DNA of 64,000 bases from Mobula hypostoma (lineage: Eukaryota). Numbering within the stretch: the first letter of the stretch is position 1; the number at the start of each line of letters is the position of its first letter. Both the position numbers and the translations under genes were made by a program. The notes under the pieces were generated by a model. The model had not been told where the DNA came from and searched no databases. It worked only from the letters and a program-made list of their open reading frames with translations. Shown here in pieces: positions 49,140 to 62,075 of the stretch. Location: the NCBI RefSeq assembly GCF_963921235.1, contig NC_086107.1, forward strand, positions 110,672,001 through 110,736,000, in the 5' to 3' direction.

Positions 49140-51289
49140 AGATCTCAACAATTTTCTTAAAAATCCTGAAGACGCACCTGATGTTCTGACAGAAGCTAAA
49201 CCTTATCTCTTAGCTAAAGGGGAAATCACAAATGACCCATCAAAACATCTTCCTATTACTTGTTTACAAACTATATAGAAAATTGTAGCATCATGCATCT
49301 CGCAACTAATTACCACTCACTTCGATAACCACGATATACTCACAGAAGAGCAGAGAGGATGCCTTAAGGGTATGAAAGGATGTAAAGAACATCTGATAAT
49401 AGATTCTGTAATTCTAAATCAAGCCCGGTGGAAAAGCAGAAATCTTTCATGTTGCTATATTGACTACCAAAAAGCATTTGATTCTGTCTCACATTGATGG
49501 TTAACAGAAGCTCTTAATATATATAAACTACATCAAGTACTTGTTAAATTCCTGCAACATCTGATGGAGGATTGGCTACTGTAATCACCCTATCTATTAA
49601 CAACCAAAAACGAACAACCATGGTTATTAAACTAAACTGAGACATTTTCCAGGGCGACTCTCTAAACCCACTATGGTTTTGTCTAGCTTTAAACCTGCTC
49701 TCTAATTTACTGATGAAAATACCCAGTATCAAATCGGAGACAGCCAAACAAATTATACCTTGACGCACCTTCTATAGGTGGATGATTTGAAATTATACAC
49801 TCCTTCATCAGTAAAGTGAAAACAATTAATTCAAATAGTAGGGCTATTTTCCCGAGATATAAACATGAACTTTGGACTAGATAAGTGCAGAATATTAAAC
49901 ATAAAGGAAGGTGCAATAGAGCTAATAGAATATAAAACAGAGCAGCAGGAAACAATACAACCGATGGATGAAATGAAACATACAAGTATCTAGGATACCA
50001 AAAAGCAAAGAAAATAGATCATAATGCAATAAAAGGAAAACTTTCTACAGAGTTTACTTCAAGGCTTAGGAAAATCTGCCAAATAGAACAAAGGCAATAA
50101 GCACTTTTCCTCTACCCAGATTAATGTAGTCTTTTAGCACAATATGGTCTGAAAACCAGTCTGGAAAATTTACAAAGAAAAATTAAAACTGAAATGACAG
50201 ATTTTAGAAAACTCTATGTATACTTGAACACACTTCGATTAACACTACCAAGGACAAAAGGAGGAAGAGGGATAACAAGACATTAAAAATTTACACAATG
50301 AACTTCTAAGTATATACCTTCATCAATAAAAACAGAACTCAGCACTCCATGTGAGCATATGTAATTTTGATAAGGAGTCCACACCACTAAACTTAAATGA
50401 AAGCACAGCCCAGAAAAATGAATAAATTATCACTATAGAGGAAAAAGTGAACCAATGGAAGAGCACGACCCTCCATGGAAGACATTCCCATGATCTGAAC
50501 AGACTAGATGTTGACAAGGAAGCTTCGAATGACTGGCTCAGAGTTGGAGACCTCTACCCAGAAACAGAAGGGTTTTCTTTTGACAATATAGAACTAGGTG
50601 GCTAACACTAAGAAATGATGAAAAGTACATAGTAGGAGGCCGACAAATTCAAGATGGTAAATGTGGAAAATGCAAAGAGAAACCAGAAACAATCCAACGC
50701 ATTGCAGGATCCTGCAGTAGTTTAACTCAATCTGATTACTTACACAGGCACAGTCAAACATCATTCTCCAAAATCTTGCTTTAAAGTACAAAGTTATAAA
50801 AGACTCCATACCTTACTATATATACGAGCCTGATCCAGTTTTATAATCGAAGTCCCGCAAATTATATTATGACTGATCCATTATTATAGATAGGACAATC
50901 AATAATAACCATCTGGATATAATATTACAGGATAAACAAGCAAGAATAACTCACTTAATAGATCTAGCCATTCCAAACCCACATAACATACAGAAATCAG
51001 TGAAAAACACCAGAAATATGCTGAATCAAAAGAGGAAATTGAAAGACTATGGAACATGAACAGGGTATACATTGTCCCGATGGTAATATCTACACCTGGT
51101 AACATCCCAAAGTCACTACATAATAGCATTAAACGATTAGGTTTACACAGCAATATTTTTGTAAATCTTCAGAAAGCCACAATATTAAACACCACTAGAA
51201 TAGTCTGGAAGTTCCTAGCAATTGAGAAGGAGTGTACTTGGCTATGCCTGTACCTCAGGTTTTACTAGCTTGAGCTGAGAAAAAAAAAC
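49140..51289 (+). mobile_element. 5'-truncated R4/Dong-clade non-LTR retrotransposon (RT + CCHC + restriction-like endonuclease), decayed
   Basis: PITCLQTI*KI, EEQRGC.KG.KGCKEHLIID, IDYQKAFDSV, IFQGDSLNPLWFCLALN, HLL*VDDLKLY, FGLDKC, YKYLG, LPRTKGGRG, KCGKCKEKPETI...GSC...YLHRH, IDLAIP, VPMVIST.G.IPK, LQKATILNTTRIV; A-rich tail; preceded by (TAA)n. Confidence 0.9.
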
Positions 51290-52260
51290 AATAAATATCA
51301 AGAACATGAGATGAAGAACCTTTGAAAATGAGTCCATAGATTGTGAGAAAAGTTCAGTGATGGGGCAAGTGAAGTTGAGTGAAGTTATCCCTCTGGTTCA
51401 GAAGCCTGATGGTTGAGGGGTAGTAACTGTTCCTGAACCTGGTGGTGAATCCTGAGCCTCCTGTACCTCCTCCCTGTTTGCAGCAGTGAGAAGAGAGCAT
51501 GACCTCTTCAAGGTGGGGTTCCCTTATGATGGATGCTCCTTTCCTGTAACAATGCCCCACGTAGACGTCCTCAATGGTGGGGAGGGCTTTACCTATGATG
51601 GACTGGGCCATATCCACTACTTTCTGTCGGACTTTCTGTTTAAGGGCATTGGTGTTTCCATACCAGGCTGTGATGCAGCCAGTCAGTATACTCTCCCCTC
51701 CACATCTATGGAAGTCTGTCAAAGTTTTAGATGACGTGCCGAATTTTCGCAAACTTCTGAAGAAGTAGCTTTGCTGTAGTGCCTTCTTTGTAGTTGCACT
51801 TATGTGCTGGGCCCCAGACAAGTCCCCTGAAATGATAAATGAGGAACTTAAAGTTGCTGACCCTCTCCACCTCTGATCCCCTGATGAGGTCTGGCTCGTA
51901 GACCTCAGGTTTTCTCCTCCTGAAGTCAATCATCAGCTCCTTGGTCTTGCTGACGCTGAGTAAGAGGTTGTTGTTGTGGCTCCACTCAACCAGATTTTCA
52001 ATCTCCCTCTTCTATGCTGAATCATCACCGCCTTTGATTCAGCCTGTAACAGTGGTGTCATCAGCCAACGTGAATATGGCATTGGGGCTGCACTTAGTGT
52101 AAAGCGAGTAGAACAGGGGGCTAAGCACTCAGCCTTGTGGTGCTCTTGTGCTGACGGAGATTGTGGAGGAGATGTCGTCGTCGATCCGAACTGACTGGGG
52201 TCTGCGAGTGAGGAAATTGAGGATCCAGTTGCACAAGGAGGTATTGAGGCCGAGGAAGGA
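51290..52260 (-). mobile_element. Rex/Babar-type LINE (host of the R4 insertion)
   Basis: [18 protein letters not shown]...APQG, ESILTGCITAWYG, TTRFRNSYYPSTIRLLN. Confidence 0.85.
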
Positions 52261-52809
52261 CAGTCTTTCTGGCTGTCTGCGCCCCAGGGCCAGATGGTGT
52301 CGTCTGAACAGCAGTGAGGCCTTGGGTGGTGTTCTGGGCTGAGACAGAAGGTATCGCTGGTGGTGAGTCTCTGCCACCTGTTAAAGCTATCAGCGATCTC
52401 TACAGTTTTTAAATGTCTCTGATTATCAGGGCCATCTAAAAACTAGTCAGTTAAAGAAAGTAATTAATATGAATAAATGGAGGCATTGAACACTTAGAAA
52501 TCATTTGAAATATTAATCAGAATCAGAATGAGTTTTATTATCACTGGCATAAAATGTGTTGCTTTGATGCCAGCAGTACAGTGCAGGCATAAAACCTTAC
52601 AATAAGTTACAATAAGAGTATATAAAAAATAAATTAATCTTACAAATGAGATCAGAATAGTGAGGTAGTGTTCATTGGTTAGTCGTGCGTTGAACAGATA
52701 GTGGAGGGAAAGAAGCATTCCTGACGTGTGAGCCTTCAGGCTCCTGACCCACCTCCCTGATGGTAGCAATGAAAAGAGGGCATGTTCTGGGTGATGGAGG
52801 CCTTTCCAG

Positions 52810-53440
52810 TTTAGATTATGAAGACACGCAGTCCTATTTTATTGTCATTTAGCAATGCATGCACTAAGAAATGATACAATATTTCCTCCGGTGTGATATC
52901 ACAAAACACAGGACAGACCAGGACTGAAAAAACTGACAAAACCACATAATTATAACATATAGTTACAACAGTGCAGCAATACCATAACTTGATGAAGAAG
53001 TCCATGAGCACAGCAAGAAGTTCAAAGTCTCTGAAATGTCCCACATCTCACGCAGACGGGAGGAGGAAGAAAAACTCTCCCTGTCATGCTGACCACAATC
53101 CGACTCTGAGTCATCCGAAAACTTCGAGCTCCGATCAGCTCTCTGACACCGAGTACTGAGCGCCATCTCCGTCCGAACGATTCGACCTCAATCTCGGTCG
53201 CCAACAGCAGGCAAAGCCGGGGATTTTGAGGCCTTCCCTCCGGAAGATTCCCGACCGCGCAGTAACAACAGCAGAGAACTGGCGTTTCAGAAATTTCTCC
53301 AGATGTTCCTCTGTGCTTTCACATCCATCTCCATCAAATCAGAATTGTCCACGGCCCCTATTTAACGGATACGTTATCATTTTTCACCGGAGGGCTGCGC
53401 ACGCACGGCGCGCTGATCTCTCTCCTCCCGCCTCTCTCCT
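52810..53440 (-). mobile_element. Non-autonomous (AATCT)n-tailed retroelement, copy 2
   Basis: Homologous to 16092-16770; sits inside a Rex/Babar fragment (52515-53640). Confidence 0.8.
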
Positions 53441-54909
53441 CTCATGACGGATGCCACTTTCCTGAGGCATCACCTTCAGGAAGATGCCCTCGATGTTGGG
53501 GAGGCTTTTGCCCATGACGGAGCTGGCTGAGTTTACAACCCTCCGCAGCCTTTTCCGATCCCGTGCACTGGCCCCTCCGTACCAGACGGTGATGAAACGA
53601 GTCAGAATGCTCTCCACAGTGCATCTGTAGAAATTCGCTAAGAAAGGCAAAATAATTAAAAGTTAACTGACCCTCCAGCTTGCCAACCCATTTCCAAAGC
53701 CAGGCCTGACATCTGAAGAGTCACATCTCAAAACATCATCCATCCACTCCCTTCACAGATGCTGCCTGACCCACCAGCACTTCGCGTTTTGCTCTAGATT
53801 CCAGCATTTGCAGTTTCTTGTGTCTCCATAAATTCAAAACCGTCCAAGTGGTTGTCTTTGTTAAACGCTGGTCTGTTTCAGCAACCACAGGCAGTAATGG
53901 TGGAATTCATTTTTAAAGTTTTTTTTTACAATGTTTTAGGGGTTTTTTTTAGGTTCATAGGCTTGGATTTGGGGACAGAGAGGGGAATTAGGAGTCAGGG
54001 GCAAGGGTGTGGGGGAATTTGAGGACTGGCGGGAGTTGAAGGCAATTGGTAAGGGAGTGGTCAGACGTCGGGCTAGCAGGACGGAGAGAATGTTCAGGGT
54101 CCTGTAATTGGTGACAACACAGCTTGAGGCCTAATGTCGGGGTCTTGTCATCGGCGAGTCTCCATTTGAGGCCTCAAGGTCAGGTCCTCATTCAGATTCC
54201 TTGTTCAAAGTTCAAAGTAAATTTATTATCAAAGTACATATGTGTCAGCATATACAATCCCGAGGTTCATTTTCTTGCAGCCATACTCAATAAATCCTTT
54301 TTCAATCTTTTTATTAATTTCATAAAAATAAAGATATCATGTTAATGGTACAAATCCATAATTCACAAATCCATAAGTCCATAATAGAATAATAGCCATA
54401 ATAGAATCAATGAAAGACTACACCAACTTGCGTGTTCAACGCCATTCATCATCACCTGTGAGTGCTGGGTCAATACTGAAGATCGAAGCCTGAAATATGA
54501 CTTAAAGTCCGGATCAAAGACCAAAGGTCAATTGGAAATCGAGATCAAAGCCTGAACGTCAATCAGAGATATAGATTGAAGACCAAAAGTCGATTGGAGG
54601 TCTGGAACAAAGTATGAATTCCATTGGAAGTCTGGAGGTCGAGGCCCAACGGCTGGACCCTGGGTCTGCAAATCTCTGCGCGTCCGCTGGGGACCCTGGG
54701 TCCCAATGTCTGTGAATCCACAAGTCTGCTGGAGGCTGGAGACTAATGGTGGCCTGTCTTGGATTAGAGGACTGTGTATGTGTATTGGTAGGGAGGAAGG
54801 GACAAGGTTTGTTTGCCTGTTGTTGCTTTGTTGCTGTTATGTTCTGTCTTTGTTGTGTTATGTGTCATTTTGCTGAGCGCTGTGGGCATGGTGTGTCGGC
54901 TCCAGAATA

Positions 54910-55355
54910 GAAACATAGGTGCAGGAGTAGGCCATTCGGCTCTTTGAGCCTGCACCGCCATTCAGTATGATCATGGCTGATCATCCAACCCAGAACCCTG
55001 TACCTGCCTTCCCTCCATACCCCCTGATCCCTTTAGCCACAAGGGCCATATCTAACTCCCTCTTAATGAACTGGCCTCAACTGTTTCCTGTGGCAGAGAA
55101 TTCCACAGATTCACCACTCTCTCTGTGAAGAAGTTTTTCCTCATCTCGGTCCTAAAAGGCTTCCCTTTTATCCTCAAACTGTGACCCCTCGTTCTGGACT
55201 TCCCTAACATCATGAACAATCTTCCTGCATCTAGCCTGTCCAATCCCTTTAGAATTTTATACATTTCAATAAGGTCCGCCCTCAATCTTCTAAATTCCAG
55301 CGAGTATAAGCTTAGTCGATCCAGTCTTTCATCATATGAAAGTCCTGCCATCCCA
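54910..55355 (-). mobile_element. CR1 LINE 3' end
   Basis: MAGLSYDERLDRL.LYSLEFRRLRADLIE...RTRGHSL...FFTERVVNLWNSLP. Confidence 0.9.
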
Positions 55356-55469
55356 GAATGTGTGGAAACCTTGGGTGTGTTGGTTGTTTACTAGCTTTTC
55401 CTTTTCAAATCTCAGGGCGAACTCTATCATATTGTAATCACTGCCTCCTAAGAGTTCCTTTACCTTAAT

Positions 55470-56610
55470 ATTAGGGAGCTTAAAGTCAAGGAAGCCTTAG
55501 GGGGAAGTGATTATAATATGATAGAATTCATCCTGCAATTTGAGAGGGAGAAGCTAAAATCAGATGTATCAGTATTACTAAAAGGAACTACAGAGGCATG
55601 AGAGAGGAGCTGGCCAAAGTTGATTGGAAGGGGACACTAGTAGAGATGACAGCAGAATAACAATGGCTGAAGTTTCTGGGAGCAATTGAGAAGGCACTGG
55701 ACAGATACACCACAAAGAAGAAGTGTTCTAAGGGGAGGATGAGGTAATGGTGGCTGACAAGGGAAGTTAAAGGCAGCATAACTGCAATAGAGATGGCATA
55801 TAACCTTGCAGTGTAGGGAAGCATATGGTCATGCATTTTGATAGAAGGAATAAAGGTGTAGACTATTTTCTAAACAGGGAGCAAATTCAGAAATCAGAGG
55901 TGCAAAGGAACTTGGGATTCCTTATGCAGAATTTCCTTAAAGGTTAACTTGCAGGTTGAGTCAGTGATAGGGAAGGCAACTGCAATATTTCCATTCATTT
56001 TGAGAGGACTAGAATACAAAAGCAAGGATGTAATGCTGAGGCTTTATAAGGCATTCATCAGACTCCATATGGAGTATTGTGAACAGTTTTGGGCCCCTTA
56101 TCTAAGAGAAGATGTGCTGGCATTGGAAAGTGTCCAGAAGAGCTTCACAAGAGTGGTCCCAGGAATGAAAGAGTTATTGTATGAGGAGATTTTGATGGCT
56201 CTGGGTCTGTACTCACTGGAGTTCAGGAGAATGAGGGGAGATCTCATTGAAACCTATTGAATATTGAAAGGCCTAGATAGAATGGACGTAGGGAGGATGC
56301 TTCCTGTAGTGGGGGAGTCTAGGACGAGAGGGCGTAGATTCAGAATACAGGATGTTTCTTTAGAACAGAGAGGAGGCGGAATTTCTTCAGGCAGAGGATG
56401 GTGAATCTGTGGAATCCATTGCCACAGACGGCTGTGGAGGCCAAGTCGTTGGGCATGTTTAAAGCGGAGGTTGATAGGCTCTTGATTAGAAATGGCATCA
56501 AAGATTATGTGGAGATGGCAGGAGAATGGAGTTGAGGGGGGATAATAAATCAGCCATGATGGAATAGCAGACTCAATGGGCCGAATGGTCTAATTCTGTT
56601 CCCATCTCTT
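55470..56610 (+). mobile_element. CR1 LINE fragments (endonuclease end + RT C-terminus)
   Basis: GSDYNMIEF; YKSKDVMLRLYKAFIRLHMEYCEQFWAPYLR...LYSLEFRRMRGDLIETY. Confidence 0.85.
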
Positions 56611-58435
56611 ACCGTCTTTTGGACACATTTCACTGTACGTGTGATAAACAAAATATGAATCTGACATCTATGTGTAGCCCCCAGTATTGATACATCGGAG
56701 CAGAGGCGAGGGTTCTGAGAGTGACCCGACCCGAGAGTGGCGCCGAAGCTCGTATAGCAAGCAAACACCCGTGCATGCACCACGGGAGTCAGGGTCACCT
56801 TCATTCTTAGGAACCTTGCCTCAGGATCCCTCCAGGCTGTCTCGGCTGGTTTGCCACACACGTCCAGGACTGTGTGAAGCTCTGCGCAGTCTCTGAAAAT
56901 CACAGCCTCTCCATTCGCTCCGACTCATTCAAGTATTAACCTCAGCTGTATCTCTAAAGCGACCAATGCCGAGGGCAATTAAACTAATATCTGTGCAACC
57001 AGAACAGCCAGCAGATAATTGGCCTGGGCTGCAGTGATTGACAGATGTGGCATCAACAGCTCCTTCCAAAGTCCTGACCTCTACTATTACAGACCCCTTG
57101 CTTCATGGTATTGGTCCATAGCACATAAAAAAGGTTGGGAACCCCTGACTGAGAAGAACAAAAGCCCAACATATATGTAGAACACCTAGTAATGAAACAC
57201 TAGTAATCAAAGTTTATACATCTAACCATATACAGCCCTGAGATTCATTTTCTTGCGGGCATTCACAGTAAATACAAGAAACACAATAGAATCAATGAAA
57301 GGCCGTATCCAACAAGATGGATAAACAACCAATGCACAAATACAGACAGAAAGAAAAAAGAAATAATAATAATAACACATAACCAATAACTATCAAGAAT
57401 ATGAAATGAAAAATCCTTGAAAGTGAGTCTATAGGTTGTAGGAATAGTTCGGAGATGAGGTGAGTGAAGCTGGGTGAAGTTATCCCCTCTAGTACAAGAG
57501 CCTGATGGTTGAGGGGTAATAACCGATGGTGGGGGTTCTAACGCTCCTGTACCTTCTTCCTGCTGGCAGTGAGAAAAGAGCACGGCCTGGATGGTGTGGG
57601 CCCCTGACGATGGACGCTGCTTTCTAGCGACAGCACTCCATGTAGGTGTGCTCAATGGCGAATAAAGGGAAGGCATTCGGTTAAAGAAGGCATTTTATGA
57701 GCTTTGAAGATAGATCATACAACATAGACTATGGAAGTGTACCGCATAGTACAGGCCCTTCAGGTCATGATGCTGTGCTGAAAATTAACCAACGCCAAGA
57801 TCAATCTAACCCTTGCTTGTCACCCTCCATTTTTCTATCATCCATGTGCCTATTTGAGAATCTCTTAAATGTTGCTAAATATCTGTGTCTACCACCAACA
57901 CTGGCAGAATGTGCTTACCACTTTCTGTGGAAAAAATCCTACCCCTGACAGCCCTCCCCATACTTTTCTCAAATCAGCTTAAAATTATACCGCTTCATAT
58001 TAGCTATTTTCGCCCTGGGGAAAATGTTTGGCCGTCCACTCTATCCATCCTCTTATAATCTTACACATCTCTATCAAGTCACCTCTCATCCACATTGTCT
58101 CCAAAGAGAAAAGTCTGAGCTCACTCAGTCTATCCTCATAAAATGTCCTTTCTAATCCAGGTGGCATCCTGGTTAATCTCCTCTGCACCCTCTCAAGTGC
58201 TTCCACATCCTTCCTATAATGAGGCAACCAGAACTGGACACAATATTCCAAGTGTGGTCTAAGCAGAGTTTTATAGACCATAAGACACAGGAGCGGAATT
58301 AGGCCATTTGGCCCATCGAGTTTGCTTCACCATTCAATCATGGCTGATCCTTTTTTCTCGCCTCCTCAAACCCAGTTCACGGCCTTCTCCCCATAACCTT
58401 TGATGCCATGTCCAACCAAGAACCTATCAATCTCT

Positions 58436-58735
58436 CAAACACGAGAAATTCTGCAGATGCTAGAATTTCAAGCAACACACATCAAAGTTGCTGGTGAATG
58501 CAGCAGGCCAGGCAGCATCTCTAGGAAGAGGTACGCCGATGTTTCAGGCCGAGACCCTTCGTCAGGACTAACTGAAGGAAGAGCTAGTAAGAGATTCTCT
58601 TACTCTTACTAAATCTCTTACTAGCTCTTCCTTCAGTTAGTCCTGACGAAGGGTCTCGGCCTGAAACGTCGACTGTACCTCTTCCTAGAGATGCTGCCTG
58701 GCCTGCTGTGTTCACCAGCAACTTTGATGTGTGTT
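58436..58735. mobile_element. Penelope-derived fold-back insertion with hammerhead motifs, inside a CR1
   Basis: 14-bp TSD ACCTATCAATCTCT (58422-35 / 58736-49); ~120-bp inverted arms. Confidence 0.85.
58639..58674 (+). ncRNA. Minimal type-I hammerhead ribozyme motif (Penelope-type), sense to the GluN2 gene
   Basis: AGTC-CTGACGA-AGG(gtctcgg)CCT-GAAAC-GTC^GACT with all core nucleotides intact. Confidence 0.75.
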
Positions 58736-59209
58736 ACCTATCAATCTCTGCCTTAAATACACCCAACAACCTGGCCTCCACAGCTGCCTGTAGCAACAAA
58801 TTCCACAAATTCACCAGTCTCTGGTTAAAGAAATTTCTCCGCATCTCTGTTTTGAATGGACACCCCTCTAACCCGAGGCTGTGCCCTCTTGTCCTAGACT
58901 CTCGCACCATGGGAAACATCCTTTCCAGATCTACTATGTCTAGGCCTTTCAGCATTCTGCAATGTTACCTTGCGGCTCTTGAATTCAATCCCCCGATTAA
59001 TGAAGGCCAACACGCCATAAACCTTCTGAGCCACCCTGTCGAAGTGCGTGGCAACTTTGAGGAATCTATGGATGTGGGCCCCATACTCTACCTTCAAGTT
59101 CGATCTTCCAAAGTGTACGAAGTGTGACGTCAAGAGCTGTGGCATGTAAGAGGGTGTGGTGGAGTCCTTTGGAAGAGATGTATCTCCACCCCACCACTCA
59201 ACTAACGTA

Positions 59210-59272
59210 TAGTACTGTGTAAAAGTCTGAGGCATATCAAGCTAGGGTGCCTAAGACTTTTGCACAATACTG
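59210..59272. mobile_element. Tc1-type mini-MITE (~63 bp)
   Basis: TA-flanked TIRs (C)AGTACTGTGCAAAAGTCTTAGGCA; similar copies at 27614-27671 and 61039-61110. Confidence 0.7.
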
Positions 59273-59283
59273 TATGTTGGTTA

Positions 59284-60242
59284 TGTCACGTACCCTGTGA
59301 CCGGGATAAAGAAACCAGCAGAGATAGAAACCACTTTGGAGTCTCGTATTGCTATAAACTACTAATATTTATTAGTAACTACACAATACAGTAATATAAA
59401 TGTAAATAAATCAAACAGGTTAGCAATGAGTGTATATAAAAGTAAGTGTGGAATATATATGTATGAAAAACCAAGCTTCTTTAAGTCTAGGGGTAAAAAG
59501 ATACAGTCTTACGATGTTGAGTAAAGTTCAGTTCAGTTCGTGGTATTTAGTTGAGTAGTGATGGAGAGAGAGAGAGAGAGAGTTGAGTCCTCAGGTGAGC
59601 TGATGCCGTCAATCCTCTCGTCGTCCTCCGAAATCCTTTACAAGTCACCGACTGTGACTTTAACCAGCGGGACTGGTCTTCCGTGGTGGAGCTATCACCC
59701 AGGCGAGGGTGGACACATAGACAACTCCCCACCAGTCAACCCCTTCTTCACACGGTGGAATAACAATTTGGATTGATCCGCCTGATCGATCCTCCAAAAC
59801 CCACTTCTCTGCGGGCACAACGATGCTCATTCAGTGTCCAGATCATGTGTCCTGAGGTCTGTATCATCTGACCTCCCATTTATTTCACCAGGCTGAGCAT
59901 CACCTGTCATTCAAAGAGTCCCTCCCTCCTTTATCTGTAAAGGAAATGCACAAGCAGGCAACAAGTCCTTGAAGAACTATCAACAACCCGCTGAAAATCA
60001 TAACATCGAGTGTCCGTTAAATAACACCGCCTTCGGTCACCATAGCAACTTACGAGCTGCTCGGTGCTGTCTCCAACTCCAAACTCAGTAAAAATCCAAA
60101 GTTACTTCCAATGCCTTAAAGTGACAGTCCAACCGTTAATCTTCGTCTCTCTCTCTCTCTTTTCAAACAAACCATCAATGATGAATGTATCTCTCTGTCT
60201 CTCTTCAAACAGTTAATAGGGGCACTCCTGGATCCCCTCACA
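59284..60242 (-). mobile_element. Solo LTR (Gypsy-type), 959 bp
   Basis: TGT...ACA termini; 4-bp TSD GTTA (59280-83 / 60243-46); AATAAA on the - strand near 59370. Confidence 0.8.
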
Positions 60243-60329
60243 GTTAAAACAGGGTTGGGAAACAGAAATATGAATGCTTAGTTTTGTATTAGCTCAGTAG
60301 TATTGTGTTATTAGATTAGATTTTTAAAT

Positions 60330-61005
60330 TTTTTGTTTAGATTAGATTATGAGGACACAACGCCCTCTTTTATTGTCATTTAGTAATGCATGCATTAAGA
60401 AATGATACAATGTTCCTCCAGAATGATATCACAGAAACACAAGACAAACCAAGACTGAAAAACTGACAAAAACCACATAATTATAACATATACTTACAAC
60501 AGTGCAAAGCAATACCGTAATTTGATGAAGAACAGACCATGGGCACGGTAAAAAAAAGTCTCAAAGTCTCTCGAAAGCCCCATCATCTCACGCAGACGGT
60601 AGAAGGAAGAAAAACTCTCCCTGCCATGAGCTTCCAGCACCGCAAACTTGCCGATGCAGCACCCTGGAAGCACCCGACCACAGTCCGTCCGAAAACTCCG
60701 AGCCTCCAACCAGCCCTCCGACACCGAGCACCGAGCACCGAGCACCATCTCTGCCGAGCGCTTCGACCCCGGTCCCAGCAACAGACAATAGGCAAAGCCG
60801 AGGATTTGGGGCCTTCTCCTCTGGAGATTCTCGATCGCACAGTAGCTGCGGCAGCGAAGCGGGCATTTCAGAAGTTTCTCCAGATGTTCCTCCGTGCTTC
60901 TCACGTTCGCCTCCATCAAGTCAGGATTGTGCATGGCCCCTACTTCACAAATACGATATCATTTTGAAGCGGCCGTGTGTGCTGTGTCGCGCTGCCATCT
61001 TTTCC
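60330..61005 (-). mobile_element. Non-autonomous (AATCT)n-tailed retroelement, copy 3
   Basis: Collinear with 16092-16770 over its whole length. Confidence 0.85.
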
Positions 61006-61214
61006 TCCCCTGCTGTACGTGGAAAGACATAACATACAAAGTATTGTGCAGAAGTCTTAGGCACCCTAGCTATACATACAGTATATGCCTAAGATTTTTG
61101 CACAGTATTGTATATTTTTGGAATGTGGGAGGAAGCTGGAACAGTTGCTGCAGAATTGAACCCCGGTCACTGACGCTATAATAGTGTCAGACTAACTGCT
61201 ATACTATTGTACTG

Positions 61215-61477
61215 GCCGGCTGGTGGCGCAATGGCATCAGTGCCAGACTCCGGAGCAAAGGCTCCCGAGTTCAAATCCAAGTCGGGCCACCCCCCCCCGG
61301 AGCGCGCTTTCCATCCGTGCCGGGTTGAGCGTCGAGCGAGCCACTCGGCCTCGTTAAAAGAAGAGTCGAGTCAGGAACGTTCATATCGTGACCCGGTCAA
61401 TCCGAAAGGAGACCAATCCTGACGCCACGTGCCAGACAAGAATGGCTGATTGTCTGGTGCGACACGCTAAAAAAACA
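61215..61477 (+). mobile_element. tRNA-derived SINE
   Basis: A-box TGGCGCAATGG, B-box GAGTTCAAATCC, A-rich end. Confidence 0.7.
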
Positions 61478-61546
61478 GACAGGTCGATATGGGATGGACT
61501 AAGTGAGTGGGCGAAAACCAGGCCAAATGAGTTTTATTTGGTGAAG

Positions 61547-61629
61547 CAGGGGTTCTCAACTTTTTTTAATGCCATGGAGCCTTACCATTAACCAAGGGAT
61601 CTGTGGACCCCAAGTTGGGAAACCCCCTG
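61547..61629. mobile_element. hAT (Charlie-like) mini-MITE
   Basis: CAGGGGTTCTCAAC...GTTGGGAAACCCCCTG termini; partial relatives at ~11668 and ~57085-57148. Confidence 0.6.
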
Positions 61630-61784
61630 GGGAAGTGTGAGGTCATATATTTTGGTTAGAATAATCAAAAGGTGGATTATTATCTAAATTGCGACTTTGA
61701 ATGAGTGTAATTCAGAGGGATTGAGGTGTTCTAGTGCATGAATCATAAAAACATAGTCGGCAAGTCTAGAGTAGTTAACAAAGA

Positions 61785-62075
61785 CTTGTACGGCCAGATT
61801 GGGAACAGCTTCTTTCCAACTGTGGTAAGACTGCTGAACGGATCCTGACCCGGATCTGGGCCGCACTCTCCAAATATCCGGACCTGCCTCTCGGTTTTTT
61901 TTTTGCACTACCTTACTTTCCATTTTCTATTTTCTATTTATGATTTATAATTTAAATTTTTAATATTTACTATCAATTTGTACTCCAGGGAGCAGGAAGT
62001 GCAGAATCAAATATTGCTGTGATGATTGTACGTTCTAGTATCAATTGTTTGGCGACAATAGAGTATAAAGTATAA
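61785..62075 (+). mobile_element. Rex/Babar 3' end (same young family as 32640-33290) inserted into an old CR1
   Basis: Near-identical 3' UTR and AAAGTAT tail; CR1 remnants flank it (61630-61780, 62080-62700). Confidence 0.85.

Larger units (their letters stand above)
57715..58960 (-). mobile_element. Adjacent CR1 3' fragments
   Basis: YKTLLRPHLEYCVQFWLPHYRKDVEALERVQRR; ESRTRGHSL...RRNFFNQRLVNLWN. Confidence 0.85.
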
